A DNA stretch of 64,000 nt from Acidimicrobiales bacterium (GTDB lineage Bacteria; Actinomycetota; Acidimicrobiia; Acidimicrobiales; VFJN01). The translations under genes and the position numbers were made by a program. Where the stretch lies: NCBI GenBank assembly GCA_046598715.1, contig JBKJIE010000093.1:16964-80963 (forward strand), given 5' to 3'. Below the pieces are notes generated by a model. It saw only the letters and a program-made list of their open reading frames with translations. It searched no databases and was not told the origin of the DNA. Every line of letters begins with the position of its first letter. The first letter of the stretch is position 1. This document shows positions 36,485 to 44,593 of this stretch, in pieces.

Positions 36485-36754
36485 TCAGGCCAGCTTGGTG
36501 AACATCTTCTGGACGTCGGCCAACTCGTAGCCCTCGGCCGCCGAGCGCTCGGGGTCCTCGAGGCACCAGGTCAGCCCGGCGGCGACGAGCACGAACCCCG
36601 TCTGCTCCAGTGCCTTGTTGGCGGCCGAGAGCTGGGTGACGATGTCTCGACAGTCGCGGTGGTCCGCGAGCATCTGCTGGATCCCGCGCACCTGGCCCTC
36701 CACTCGGCGCAGGCGGCGAATCAGGTCGTCGACGGTGTCCTCAGGGAGCTCCAT
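36485..36754 (-). CDS. CsoR/RcnR-family repressor, CstR-like (persulfide-sensor type)
   Basis: 89-aa DUF156 fold (RLRRVEGQVRGIQQML). Cys35 and Cys64 are present, with Gly60 where Cu-sensing CsoR has His (x-C-x-C fingerprint). Confidence 0.85.
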   Translation of the reverse strand: MELPEDTVDDLIRRLRRVEGQVRGIQQMLADHRDCRDIVTQLSAANKALEQTGFVLVAAGLTWCLEDPERSAAEGYELADVQKMFTKLA

Positions 36755-36765
36755 GGCTCCACGCT

Positions 36766-36785
36766 ATATACCCCTGGGGGTATAT
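36766..36785. promoter_or_regulatory. CsoR/CstR-type operator 1: ATATACCCC-TG-GGGGTATAT (perfect 9-bp inverted repeat)
   Basis: Read directly, 12 nt upstream of the cstR-like start in the divergent intergenic region. The G/C tract flanked by AT-rich arms is the known CsoR-family operator style. Confidence 0.6.
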
Positions 36786-36826
36786 GCAACACCCGAAGGG
36801 CCCCTTGGCTCGGGACCTTTCGGATC

Positions 36827-36840
36827 TACCCCCCGGGGTA
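36827..36840. promoter_or_regulatory. CsoR/CstR-type operator 2: TACCCC-CC-GGGGTA
   Basis: Read directly, about 20 nt upstream of the SQR start. It has the same core as operator 1. Confidence 0.5.
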
Positions 36841-36861
36841 TGGATGCCCTTGGCTAGAGGT

Positions 36862-38109
36862 ATGACACATCGAGTTGTGATCCTCGGCGGCGGAACCGGC
36901 GGAACCCTCACTGCGAACCGGCTGCGCCGTCGATTCAGCACCGACGCCGTCGCCATCACCGTGGTGGACCAGGACGATCGCCACGTGTACCAGCCTGGGC
37001 TGCTCTTCGTTCCCTTCGGCCTGGCCCACTCTGAGGACATCGTTCGGCCGCGGCACCGTCAGCTGCACGATGACATCGAGTTCCGCCAGACGGCGATCGA
37101 TCGGGTGGAGATCGTGGACAACGAGGTCCACCTCGCCGATGGCGCCGTCGTGCCCTATGACGTGCTCGTCATCGCCACGGGCGCGGTCCTCGTGCCCGAG
37201 GAGACTGAGGGCATGACGGGGCCGGGGTGGATGGAGAAGGTCTTCACCTTCTACACACCCGAGGGCGCTGGTGCCCTCGAAGCCGCGCTGGCCACCTTCG
37301 ACGCGGGGCGGGTCGTCGTCAACGTCGTCGACATGCCGATCAAGTGCCCCGTCGCGCCGCTCGAGTTCTGCTTCCTGGCCGACTGGTACTTCCACGAACG
37401 CGGCATCCGCGACCGCGTGCAGCTCACCTACGTGACGCCCCTCGACGGCGCGTTCACCAAGCCAGTCGCGTCGAAGCAGCTCGGGGCGATGCTGGCCGAC
37501 AAAGGCATCGAGCTCATCACCGAGTTCAACACCGGCGAGGTCGACGGGGCCGGGGGTCGGCTCGTGTCCTACGACGAGCGCGAGGTGGCCTTCGATCTCG
37601 CCGTGGTGATCCCGCTGCACGGCGGCGCCCCCTACGTGGGTCGGTCGGCCGGTCTCGGTGACGACCTCAACTTCGTTCCCACCGACGAACACACGCTGCA
37701 GTCGAAGGTGGCCCCCAACGTGTTCGTGATCGGTGACGCCGCCAACGTGCCTGCCTCCAAGGCTGGCTCGGTGACGCACTTCGAAGGCGAGACGCTGGTG
37801 GAGAACGTCAGTCGGTTCCTCGAGGGCGAACCGCTCGAGGCCGGCTTCGACGGCCACGCGAACTGCTTCATCGAGACCGGCTTCCACAAGGCGCTGCTCA
37901 TCGACTTCAACTACGACACCGAGCCCCTGCCCGGCCACTACCCGACCGGCGTGGGACTCCCACTGCTGAAGGAGTCGCGCCTGAACCACCTCGGGAAGCT
38001 GCTCTTTCAGCCCTTCTACTGGCACGGGCTCCTGCCCGGCCGTGAGATCCCCGGCATCGGGTCGGCCATGCCGACCGCCGGCAAGCAACCCATCCAGAGG
38101 GAGGACTGA
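36862..38109 (+). CDS. sqr: Sulfide:quinone oxidoreductase-like FAD-dependent oxidoreductase
   Basis: ILGGGTGG FAD motif, conserved Cys contexts PIKCPVAPLEF and GHANCFIETG, and GDAANVP. The start is ATG 36862, or 36844. Confidence 0.8.
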   Translation: MTHRVVILGGGTGGTLTANRLRRRFSTDAVAITVVDQDDRHVYQPGLLFVPFGLAHSEDIVRPRHRQLHDDIEFRQTAIDRVEIVDNEVHLADGAVVPYDVLVIATGAVLVPEETEGMTGPGWMEKVFTFYTPEGAGALEAALATFDAGRVVVNVVDMPIKCPVAPLEFCFLADWYFHERGIRDRVQLTYVTPLDGAFTKPVASKQLGAMLADKGIELITEFNTGEVDGAGGRLVSYDEREVAFDLAVVIPLHGGAPYVGRSAGLGDDLNFVPTDEHTLQSKVAPNVFVIGDAANVPASKAGSVTHFEGETLVENVSRFLEGEPLEAGFDGHANCFIETGFHKALLIDFNYDTEPLPGHYPTGVGLPLLKESRLNHLGKLLFQPFYWHGLLPGREIPGIGSAMPTAGKQPIQRED

Positions 38110-38111
38110 CG

Positions 38112-38531
38112 ATGTCGACAACGACGATCGCCGCCACCGAGGTCGAGCTGAACGACGAGGGCTTCTTCGTCCATCCCGAGCAGTGGACCGAGGACATGGC
38201 GCCTGAGCTGGCCCGTCGAGATGGCATCGACGAGCTCACCGAGCCCCACTGGACCGTGCTGCGGTTCATGCGGGCCGAGTACTTCGACAAGGGCACCGGG
38301 CCGACGGTCCGCGTGCTCGGCAAGACCTCCGGCGTGTCGATCAAGGAGCTCTACCAGCTCTTCCCCAACGGCCCGGCCAAGGTCGCCGCCCGCATCGCCG
38401 GCATCCCCAAGCCTCGCGGCTGGCATCTGAACAGGAGCGAACCATGGCTGAACGCATCACACCCGACCCGATCACGAAGGTCTCGATCGTCATCTCGAAG
38501 GGGTCCCTCGACGGGGTCTACCCAGGGCTGA
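38112..38531 (+). CDS. DsrC/TusE-family sulfur-relay protein, with the C-terminus apparently disrupted by a +1 frame change
   Basis: Family-typical LTEPHWTVLRFMRAEYF...LFPNGPAKVAARIAGIPKPRG. It then reads W-H-L-N plus a 34-aa Arg/Ser-rich tail overlapping the next gene. Removing one G at 38422/38423 gives the canonical ...PKPRGCI-stop ending at 38430. Confidence 0.7.
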   Translation: MSTTTIAATEVELNDEGFFVHPEQWTEDMAPELARRDGIDELTEPHWTVLRFMRAEYFDKGTGPTVRVLGKTSGVSIKELYQLFPNGPAKVAARIAGIPKPRGWHLNRSEPWLNASHPTRSRRSRSSSRRGPSTGSTQG

Positions 38532-38716
38532 TCATGGCCAACGGCGCCCGCGCCGAGGGCATCGAGGCCAACCTGTTCTTCACCTTCTTCGGCCTCGACG
38601 CCATCCACAAGGCGCGCCACGAGCACATCAAGATGGCCACCGTGGGCAACCCGGGTCTGCACGTGCCCACGATGCTCGGCGGCATCCCCGGCGTGTCGTC
38701 GATGATGACGCAGTAA
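38444..38716 (+). CDS. DsrE/DsrF-like (DsrE_2) protein, N-terminal half
   Basis: AGGAGC RBS then ATG 38444. The product KVSIVISKGSLDGVYPGLIMANGARAEGIEANLFFTFFGLDAI matches the first half of ~160-aa DsrE_2 proteins. It ends at TAA 38714-38716. Confidence 0.65.
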   Translation: MAERITPDPITKVSIVISKGSLDGVYPGLIMANGARAEGIEANLFFTFFGLDAIHKARHEHIKMATVGNPGLHVPTMLGGIPGVSSMMTQ

Positions 38717-38717
38717 C

Positions 38718-38927
38718 ATGAACCACAAGATGGAGAAGCTCGACATCCCCTCCATCCCGGAGTTCGTCGAGATGATCGCGGACACCGGCGCCGGCATGTA
38801 CGCGTGCAAGGCGTCGGTCGATCTGTTCGGCCTCGAGAAGAACGACTTCATCGAGCAGGTGCAGGACATCATCACCGTGGGCGAGTTCTACGAGAAGGCC
38901 GCCGGGGGTCAGATCATCTTCACGTAG
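38718..38927 (+). CDS. DsrE/DsrF-like (DsrE_2) protein, C-terminal half (carries the conserved YACKAS cysteine)
   Basis: It starts 1 nt after the TAA of the previous ORF, in the +1 frame. The product IPSIPEFVEMIADTGAGMYACKASVDLFGLEK...GGQIIFT matches the second half of the same family. Confidence 0.65.
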   Translation: MNHKMEKLDIPSIPEFVEMIADTGAGMYACKASVDLFGLEKNDFIEQVQDIITVGEFYEKAAGGQIIFT

Positions 38928-38987
38928 CGACCGACGGGACAGACTGCGGATCCTTGATGTTCGCAGCGCCCGGGAGGCACGGCACAC

Positions 38988-39785
38988 ATGTCCACGGCTC
39001 GAGCGGTTGTGGTGACCGGTTCTGCATCTGGGATGGGTGCCGCGACAGCGGCCCGCCTCGAGGCAGACGGACGGCGAGTGATCGGTGTCGACCTGCATGA
39101 CGCCGAGGTGACGGCCGACCTCAGCACGAGCGCTGGCCGTCGCCATGCCATCGACGCCATCGGCGACCTTGCCGGTGGTTCCCTCGATGGTGTCGTCACC
39201 TGGGCGGGCGTGGCCGGCCTCACCGGTTTGGCGGGGAGCCTCCTGGCCTCGGTGAACTACTTCGGCACGGTGGCGCTGCTCGACGGGCTCCGGCCCCTGC
39301 TCGCCGTGGGCGACCGGCCCGCCGCGGTTGCCATCAGCTCCAACTCCACGACCTGCCAGCCCGGTGTGCCGATGGACGTGGTCGAGCACTGCCTGTCCGA
39401 TGACGAGGTGGCGGCGAGGGCGGCCGCCGATGCCGCGGGCGCCCTGGCGACCTACCCGGCGACGAAGCTGGCCGTGGCCCGCTGGGTGCGCCGCAAGGCC
39501 CCGACGCAGGAGTGGGCTGGCTCGGGCATCACCTTGAACGTCGTTGCCCCCGGTGCCATCGAGACGCCGATGCTCCAGGCCACGCGCGACGACGCCACGA
39601 TCGGGCCGTTCATCGATTCCTTCCCGGTGCCGGTGGGCCGCAAGGGCACCGCGGACGAGCTGGCCGCCTTCGTGCAGTTCTTGCTCGGTCCGGACGCCCG
39701 CTTCTTCTGTGGTTCCGTGCTGTTCGTCGATGGCGGCACCGACGCGCTCTTGCGGGCCGATGACATGCCGATTCCGATGCGGTGA
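38988..39785 (+). CDS. SDR family oxidoreductase
   Basis: GGGAGG RBS. TGSASGMG cofactor loop and YPATK (YxxxK). Confidence 0.8.
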   Translation: MSTARAVVVTGSASGMGAATAARLEADGRRVIGVDLHDAEVTADLSTSAGRRHAIDAIGDLAGGSLDGVVTWAGVAGLTGLAGSLLASVNYFGTVALLDGLRPLLAVGDRPAAVAISSNSTTCQPGVPMDVVEHCLSDDEVAARAAADAAGALATYPATKLAVARWVRRKAPTQEWAGSGITLNVVAPGAIETPMLQATRDDATIGPFIDSFPVPVGRKGTADELAAFVQFLLGPDARFFCGSVLFVDGGTDALLRADDMPIPMR

Positions 39786-39976
39786 CGCCGTCGTCCTTGT
39801 GGCGACCGGCGCCCGGTTCAGCTGATCGCGCAGCAGCAGCAAGACCGCATCATCCGGACAAACCAAGTCATGGCCGGTCGGCGTCAGCGGTGCTGCAGTA
39901 CCGTGCGGGTGTCCGAGCCACGTGACGCGATCGTCTGCCCCCGTGCGACCGATCGATCGACAACCGGAGGTCTCCC

Positions 39977-40543
39977 ATGCGCCATACCCTGCGCCCCTGG
40001 CTGCCGCGAGCCGCGCTCGTATCAGCGTCGCTGTTCCTTGGCGCGTGCCTGCCCATCACCCTCCCCGGTACCAGCACCACGCCTCCCTGTCCGGAGGGCA
40101 CCTTCCACATCACCGACCAGGTACTGAGCGGGCTGGTGCCCACCTCCCTGGGCAACGTGCAGCTCACCCTCGTGCCAGGAGGGAACCTGGCGCTCTCGGT
40201 CACGGCGAGCTCGTGGAGCCTCGCCGGGTCGCAGAGCCTCACCGTGAGCGGCATCACGCCATGGGGGCCCGTGTCGGGCACGGCCTCGGTCACCGTCAAC
40301 GCGAGCGGGTCGTGGACAAAGACGTCGTCCACGCAGCTGAACTTCACCGTCGGGAGCGTGTCCGGTTCGGGCACGTTCACCGGCACTGTGAGCGGGGCCT
40401 CGGTCTCGCGGACCGCTTCGCTCGCGGACCTCGGCCTCGACCGCGTCTACGGGCTGTCAGGCTCGGCGACGTACGGGTGCGGATCCGCGCCGAGCCTCAC
40501 GCTCACCTTCACCTCAGCGCGCCTCGAGCTCCATCGAGACTGA
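39977..40543 (+). CDS. Putative lipoprotein of unknown function
   Basis: GGAGG RBS. Signal peptide with lipobox LFLGAC. Ser/Thr/Gly-rich beta-type repeats. Confidence 0.6.
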   Translation: MRHTLRPWLPRAALVSASLFLGACLPITLPGTSTTPPCPEGTFHITDQVLSGLVPTSLGNVQLTLVPGGNLALSVTASSWSLAGSQSLTVSGITPWGPVSGTASVTVNASGSWTKTSSTQLNFTVGSVSGSGTFTGTVSGASVSRTASLADLGLDRVYGLSGSATYGCGSAPSLTLTFTSARLELHRD

Positions 40544-40568
40544 CGGTCGCGGCGCCGGGTTGCGCCGT

Positions 40569-42290
40569 CTACGGCAGGATCGGCCCGAAGGGGGCGACCG
40601 GCCCCCGCGGCACGGTCGGGACCTCGGCGACCGACGGCGCGAGGATCCGGTAAGCAAACAGCCCGCTGGCCGGCGAGAGCGGTGATGCCCCGAGGAATCG
40701 GTCGGCGGCGCTTGCACCAAAGGCCTTGAACTCCAGATCGCTGGTCCGCGTGCCCGTGCCGAGGTAGATGGTGTCTCCCACGACGGTGGGCGACGACGAC
40801 GACGCGCCGGCGACTGGCATCACCGAGAGCAGTGCGCCCGTGTCGGCGTGGATGGCGAGCAGGTCGGCCGAGAAGGTCGACGGCACGAGCACGACGCCGT
40901 TGGAATACGTCGGTGCCCCGTAGCTCTGTCGTGACAAGGGAGATCGCCAGAGGATGTCGCCGGTGGCGGCATCGATGGCGGTGAGTGACAGCATGCGGAA
41001 CGGGTCCTCGGCGAGCGTGGTGTCGGCCCAGCTCTGGGGGTGACCCTCGTCGAGCGGCTCGTAGATCGGGGTGGAGAGCGCCGTTGTGGCGAACACGGCG
41101 GGCTTGCCGCTCACCAGGCCAACCGCAGGGGTGCCGATGATGCCGCCCACGGCGAAGCCGTCGGTCACATGCCCTGACTCGCCGACATGGGCGGTCCACC
41201 TCGGTGCGCCGCTTGTCTCCTCGAACGCATAGTACCTGCCGTCCTTGCTGCCGAACCCGACGACGCCGTCGGGCAGAAGGTTGGGGGAGGCGCCGAAGTC
41301 GTCGTCCCAGTCCTCGTTGGCGCGGGGCGTGTCGTGGCGCCACACGAGCGCGCCCGTCTGGAGGTTCACGGCCCACGTGTCCTCACCGACCTCGATGCCA
41401 TCGGATCCGCACGACCCGGTTCCGAAGAACACGAGCTTGCGGTCGACGTCGACAGCGGGGGAGCCCCACACGCTGGCGCAACCGAAGCCGGTGCCCGAGC
41501 CCTCGGTCAGCAGGTTCGCGCCGTGATAGGTGGCGCCGTCGGCATCGCCGACTCCGTCGCCTTCGGGATCGAACTTCCAGTCAGGACTGAGGGTCCAGCG
41601 GTCGCCGACGTGGCGCAAGGTCGACGAGACGACCCCGGTACGGCCGACGTTGCGATCGTTGTGGACGTCGAGACCCACGACGATCTGCAGGGACCCATCG
41701 TCGTGGTGGATGACGGCGGGGGAGGACTCGATCTCCACCTGACCACTGTCGGTCCCGGCGCACCGGGCGACGCCGATGGCGCGGGGGTCGAGGCACAGCG
41801 TGGTGAGCTCCTCGCCAGCGGCGTTCGTCGTGTCGGCGGCGAGGACGTAGATCGTGGCGCCGCCGCCGAAGATCACGACCTTGGTTTCATCAACGGTGGC
41901 GACCGCTGCGCTCGAGACGATTCGGCCGAATGCCACGGAGTTCGTGTCGCCGATCTGGAACGTCCAGGCCGGCGCGGCCACGCCGACTTGGTCGACCGGG
42001 ATGGCGTGGAACGCCCCCGTCCAGTCACCGGCGTAGGCCACTCCGTCGACGATGGTCGGGGACGCGGTGAGCGAGTCGGTCGTGGGCAGGCCCCAGCGGG
42101 GGGTGATCGACGGCGCCGTCAGCGGTGAGAGCGTGGTGCACCCGGTGTTGGCCGCGAAGCTGTGCCCGAGGTCGTGGCCGTACATCGGCCAGTCGCATTC
42201 GAGCTCACCCTCTGCGTGAGCAGTCGGGAGCAGCGAGCCGGCGCCCAGAAGGGCGAGAGCAGCGGCAACGGTCACGATGGCTCGGCGCAC
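40569..42290 (-). CDS. Secreted PQQ-like beta-propeller repeat protein
   Basis: Signal peptide (AAALALLGAGSLLPTAHA), then WPMYGHDLGHSFA and repeated propeller blade-like segments. Confidence 0.75.
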   Translation of the reverse strand: MRRAIVTVAAALALLGAGSLLPTAHAEGELECDWPMYGHDLGHSFAANTGCTTLSPLTAPSITPRWGLPTTDSLTASPTIVDGVAYAGDWTGAFHAIPVDQVGVAAPAWTFQIGDTNSVAFGRIVSSAAVATVDETKVVIFGGGATIYVLAADTTNAAGEELTTLCLDPRAIGVARCAGTDSGQVEIESSPAVIHHDDGSLQIVVGLDVHNDRNVGRTGVVSSTLRHVGDRWTLSPDWKFDPEGDGVGDADGATYHGANLLTEGSGTGFGCASVWGSPAVDVDRKLVFFGTGSCGSDGIEVGEDTWAVNLQTGALVWRHDTPRANEDWDDDFGASPNLLPDGVVGFGSKDGRYYAFEETSGAPRWTAHVGESGHVTDGFAVGGIIGTPAVGLVSGKPAVFATTALSTPIYEPLDEGHPQSWADTTLAEDPFRMLSLTAIDAATGDILWRSPLSRQSYGAPTYSNGVVLVPSTFSADLLAIHADTGALLSVMPVAGASSSSPTVVGDTIYLGTGTRTSDLEFKAFGASAADRFLGASPLSPASGLFAYRILAPSVAEVPTVPRGPVAPFGPILP

Positions 42291-42386
42291 GACATACCCC
42301 AGTCAGATCGGCAGGAAGAAACGTGATGTCTGCCCTGGCAGGGACGCCCGCCTCGGGCGCCCCTGCCAGGAGCACTCAACGTGCAC

Positions 42387-43334
42387 CTACGGGTTCAGCT
42401 CGCCCTCGCAGCCGCCGTGACGAGCGTCGATCGTCTCGCCGGTGGGCTGGCTCACGATGACGCCGCAGGTGCCGGCGTAGGCGCCGGGGATCGGGTACGG
42501 GGTGCCTCCGAGGGGCGAGCCCTCAGGGTTCGGGTCCTCGTAGACCGACACGCCGGGCTGGTTGTAGACGGTGCCGACCTTGTTGTTCCAGTCGTAGATG
42601 TTCTCCTTGTCGCCGTCGGTCGTGGGGTCATCGCACTCGTCGCGACTCGTGTTCGGATCGGTGTTGTTCTGGTCTGGTCCCGAGCAGGTCGCCGGGTCCC
42701 ACGTGACGCCGCTGTAGTCGGCCGAGTCGCGATGGTTGTTCTCATCCCCGCCCTGGTACGCCACGGTCTGCGTGGTCGTCGCCGCGAAGCAGATGCCGTC
42801 AGCGCAGGCCCCGGTGGAAAACGACACGAACGGGAAGGGATGAGTGAACAGGTAGGCCATGTCGCCGCCTTGCACTGCCGTCATCCAGGCCTCGATCGAG
42901 TCGGGATCGAAGGCGACCAGCTGGATGCCGCCGCCATCGCTCGGTCCGTGACCCATGCCCGACGCACCGTCGTGCTCGCCGCCGCTCAGGTTGTCGTCGG
43001 CGCCGAAGTAGATCCGCCCGCCCTGGGTGGGATCGACGCCCTCACCCAAGTCGCCGTCGGTCTGGTAGTGGTGGAGGAAGGTGCCGTCCGCCGTGTGGAG
43101 CGTGCCGGCCCGGACGAGCTCATGGTCGCCGTTCTCCACGAAGATGGTCATGTTCTGACACCGCTCGGTGTTGTCGTGCGGCACGTCCTCTTGCTCGGTG
43201 TCGTTGTGCCACTCGTCGCAGCGTTGGTCTGCGGGGTTGTACACCCCGTCGCTCTGGGCGAGTGCGACACCCGCGGTTCCGACCATGGTGACGCCGGCCA
43301 GGATGGCCATGGCGAGCTTGCGGCTCCGTTGCAT
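42387..43334 (-). CDS. Secreted acidic Cys/His/Asp-rich protein of unknown function
   Basis: ATG at 43334-43332 with an AAGGGGA RBS. Signal peptide MQRSRKLAMAILAGVTMVGTAGVALA. 10 Cys. I recognise no domain. Confidence 0.6.
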   Translation of the reverse strand: MQRSRKLAMAILAGVTMVGTAGVALAQSDGVYNPADQRCDEWHNDTEQEDVPHDNTERCQNMTIFVENGDHELVRAGTLHTADGTFLHHYQTDGDLGEGVDPTQGGRIYFGADDNLSGGEHDGASGMGHGPSDGGGIQLVAFDPDSIEAWMTAVQGGDMAYLFTHPFPFVSFSTGACADGICFAATTTQTVAYQGGDENNHRDSADYSGVTWDPATCSGPDQNNTDPNTSRDECDDPTTDGDKENIYDWNNKVGTVYNQPGVSVYEDPNPEGSPLGGTPYPIPGAYAGTCGVIVSQPTGETIDARHGGCEGELNP

Positions 43335-43360
43335 GAGCGGGGTTCCCCTTCGAAGGTCTT

Positions 43361-43376
43361 CTGACGCGTGCGTCAG
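43361..43376. promoter_or_regulatory. Palindrome CTGACGC-GT-GCGTCAG in the leader/promoter region of the secreted-protein gene
   Basis: A 7-bp perfect inverted repeat read directly, 27 nt upstream of the 43334 start on the minus strand. Confidence 0.25.
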
Positions 43377-43555
43377 GTTTGTGTTGCCAAGGGGTTCGCC
43401 TCGGCAATGACCGATTCCTCCTTCTTGAACCGCAATCCACCCATTTGTGCATCCAGGCGTGCTCACGATGCTGTCGGCGCGGGTCCAGGCACGCGGAATG
43501 CCGGTCCGAGGGAGCCGCGGTGGCTTAGCCTGGCGCCGACACGGGGGTAGCGGAC

Positions 43556-44560
43556 GTGGCCGATGAGGGGGACTGCACCGCGGTGCGGCTCAGAGGGGTG
43601 ACCAAGCGCTTCGATGACGTGCTCGCCGTCGACGACATCCACCTCGAGGTCGGTGCCGGGGAGTTCTTCGCCATGCTCGGGCCGTCGGGCTCCGGCAAGA
43701 CCACCACGCTCCGGCTGATCGCCGGGTTCGAGCTCCCCACGGCCGGCACGATCGAGCTGGGCGGCCGGGACATCAGCAACGACCCGCCGTTCGACCGCGA
43801 CGTGAACACGGTGTTCCAGGACTACGCGCTCTTCCCGCACATGCACGTGGCCGGCAACGTCGAGTACGGCCTGAAGGTCAAGAAGGTGCCCAGGCCGGAG
43901 CGGGCCCGCCGGGTCGAGGAGGCACTGGCGACGGTGCGCCTCGAGGGCTACGGAGGGCGCAAGCCGTCGCAGCTGTCGGGTGGCCAGCGTCAGCGCGTCG
44001 CGCTGGCGCGCGCGCTGGTCAACCGCCCGAGCGTGCTGCTCCTCGACGAGCCGCTCGGGGCCCTCGACCGCAAGCTCAGGGAGGAGATGCAGGTCGAGCT
44101 CAAGCAGATCCAGCAACGGGTGGGCATCACCTTCATCTTCGTCACCCACGACCAGGGCGAGGCGCTGTCGATGAGCGATCGCGTGGCGGTGTTCCACGAC
44201 GGTCGCATCGAGCAGGTGGGCACGCCTCGGGAGATCTATGAGCAGCCAGCCAACGAGTTCGTGGCCGGGTTCGTGGGCACCGCCAACCTCCACAAGGATG
44301 GGGAGCGGCTCGTGAGCGTGCGACCAGAGCGAATCCGGATCGGCGCTCCCTCTGGTGACGACCTCAGCGCCACAGGCGTGATCGAGGACGTCCAGTACCT
44401 CGGGGCCATGACCCGCTACCGGGTGCGCACGACGGATGCGGCCGGTCTCATCGTCGAGGTTCCGAACACCGACACCTCGCCGCGGCTCACGGCAGGTGAC
44501 GCCGTCGAGCTCTCATGGCGGCGCGATGACCGCCAGAGCGTGGGATCGGCCCAGGAGTAG
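43556..44560 (+). CDS. ABC transporter ATP-binding protein (PotA/CysA-like importer ATPase)
   Basis: Walker A GPSGSGKTT, signature LSGGQRQRVALARAL, Walker B LLLDEP, and a C-terminal TOBE-like domain. Confidence 0.9.
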   Translation: MADEGDCTAVRLRGVTKRFDDVLAVDDIHLEVGAGEFFAMLGPSGSGKTTTLRLIAGFELPTAGTIELGGRDISNDPPFDRDVNTVFQDYALFPHMHVAGNVEYGLKVKKVPRPERARRVEEALATVRLEGYGGRKPSQLSGGQRQRVALARALVNRPSVLLLDEPLGALDRKLREEMQVELKQIQQRVGITFIFVTHDQGEALSMSDRVAVFHDGRIEQVGTPREIYEQPANEFVAGFVGTANLHKDGERLVSVRPERIRIGAPSGDDLSATGVIEDVQYLGAMTRYRVRTTDAAGLIVEVPNTDTSPRLTAGDAVELSWRRDDRQSVGSAQE

Positions 44561-44593
44561 GGCAAGACAACGAACACAACAACAGGGGGAACC

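Noticed and set aside
38221-38430. 69-aa alternative-frame ORF ending ...AAGI at the TGA 38428-38430
   Set aside because: It has shadow composition (Ser/Pro/Arg/Ala-rich) and lies inside the DsrC/TusE-like gene. Its relevance is only that it shares the stop codon the DsrC-like frame would use after the 1-nt correction.
43471-43560. ykkC/guanidine-I-riboswitch-like fragments (GGGTCCAGGC ... GCCGGTCCGAGGGAG ... ACACGG) in the 220-nt leader of the PotA-like ABC operon
   Set aside because: The highly conserved P3 hairpin (CGGG..AAAAGCCCGGGAGA) is absent. After ACACGG there is no C-run able to pair, and the remaining matches are short G/C-rich words expected by chance in this genome. A covariance-model scan (Rfam RF00442) would settle it.
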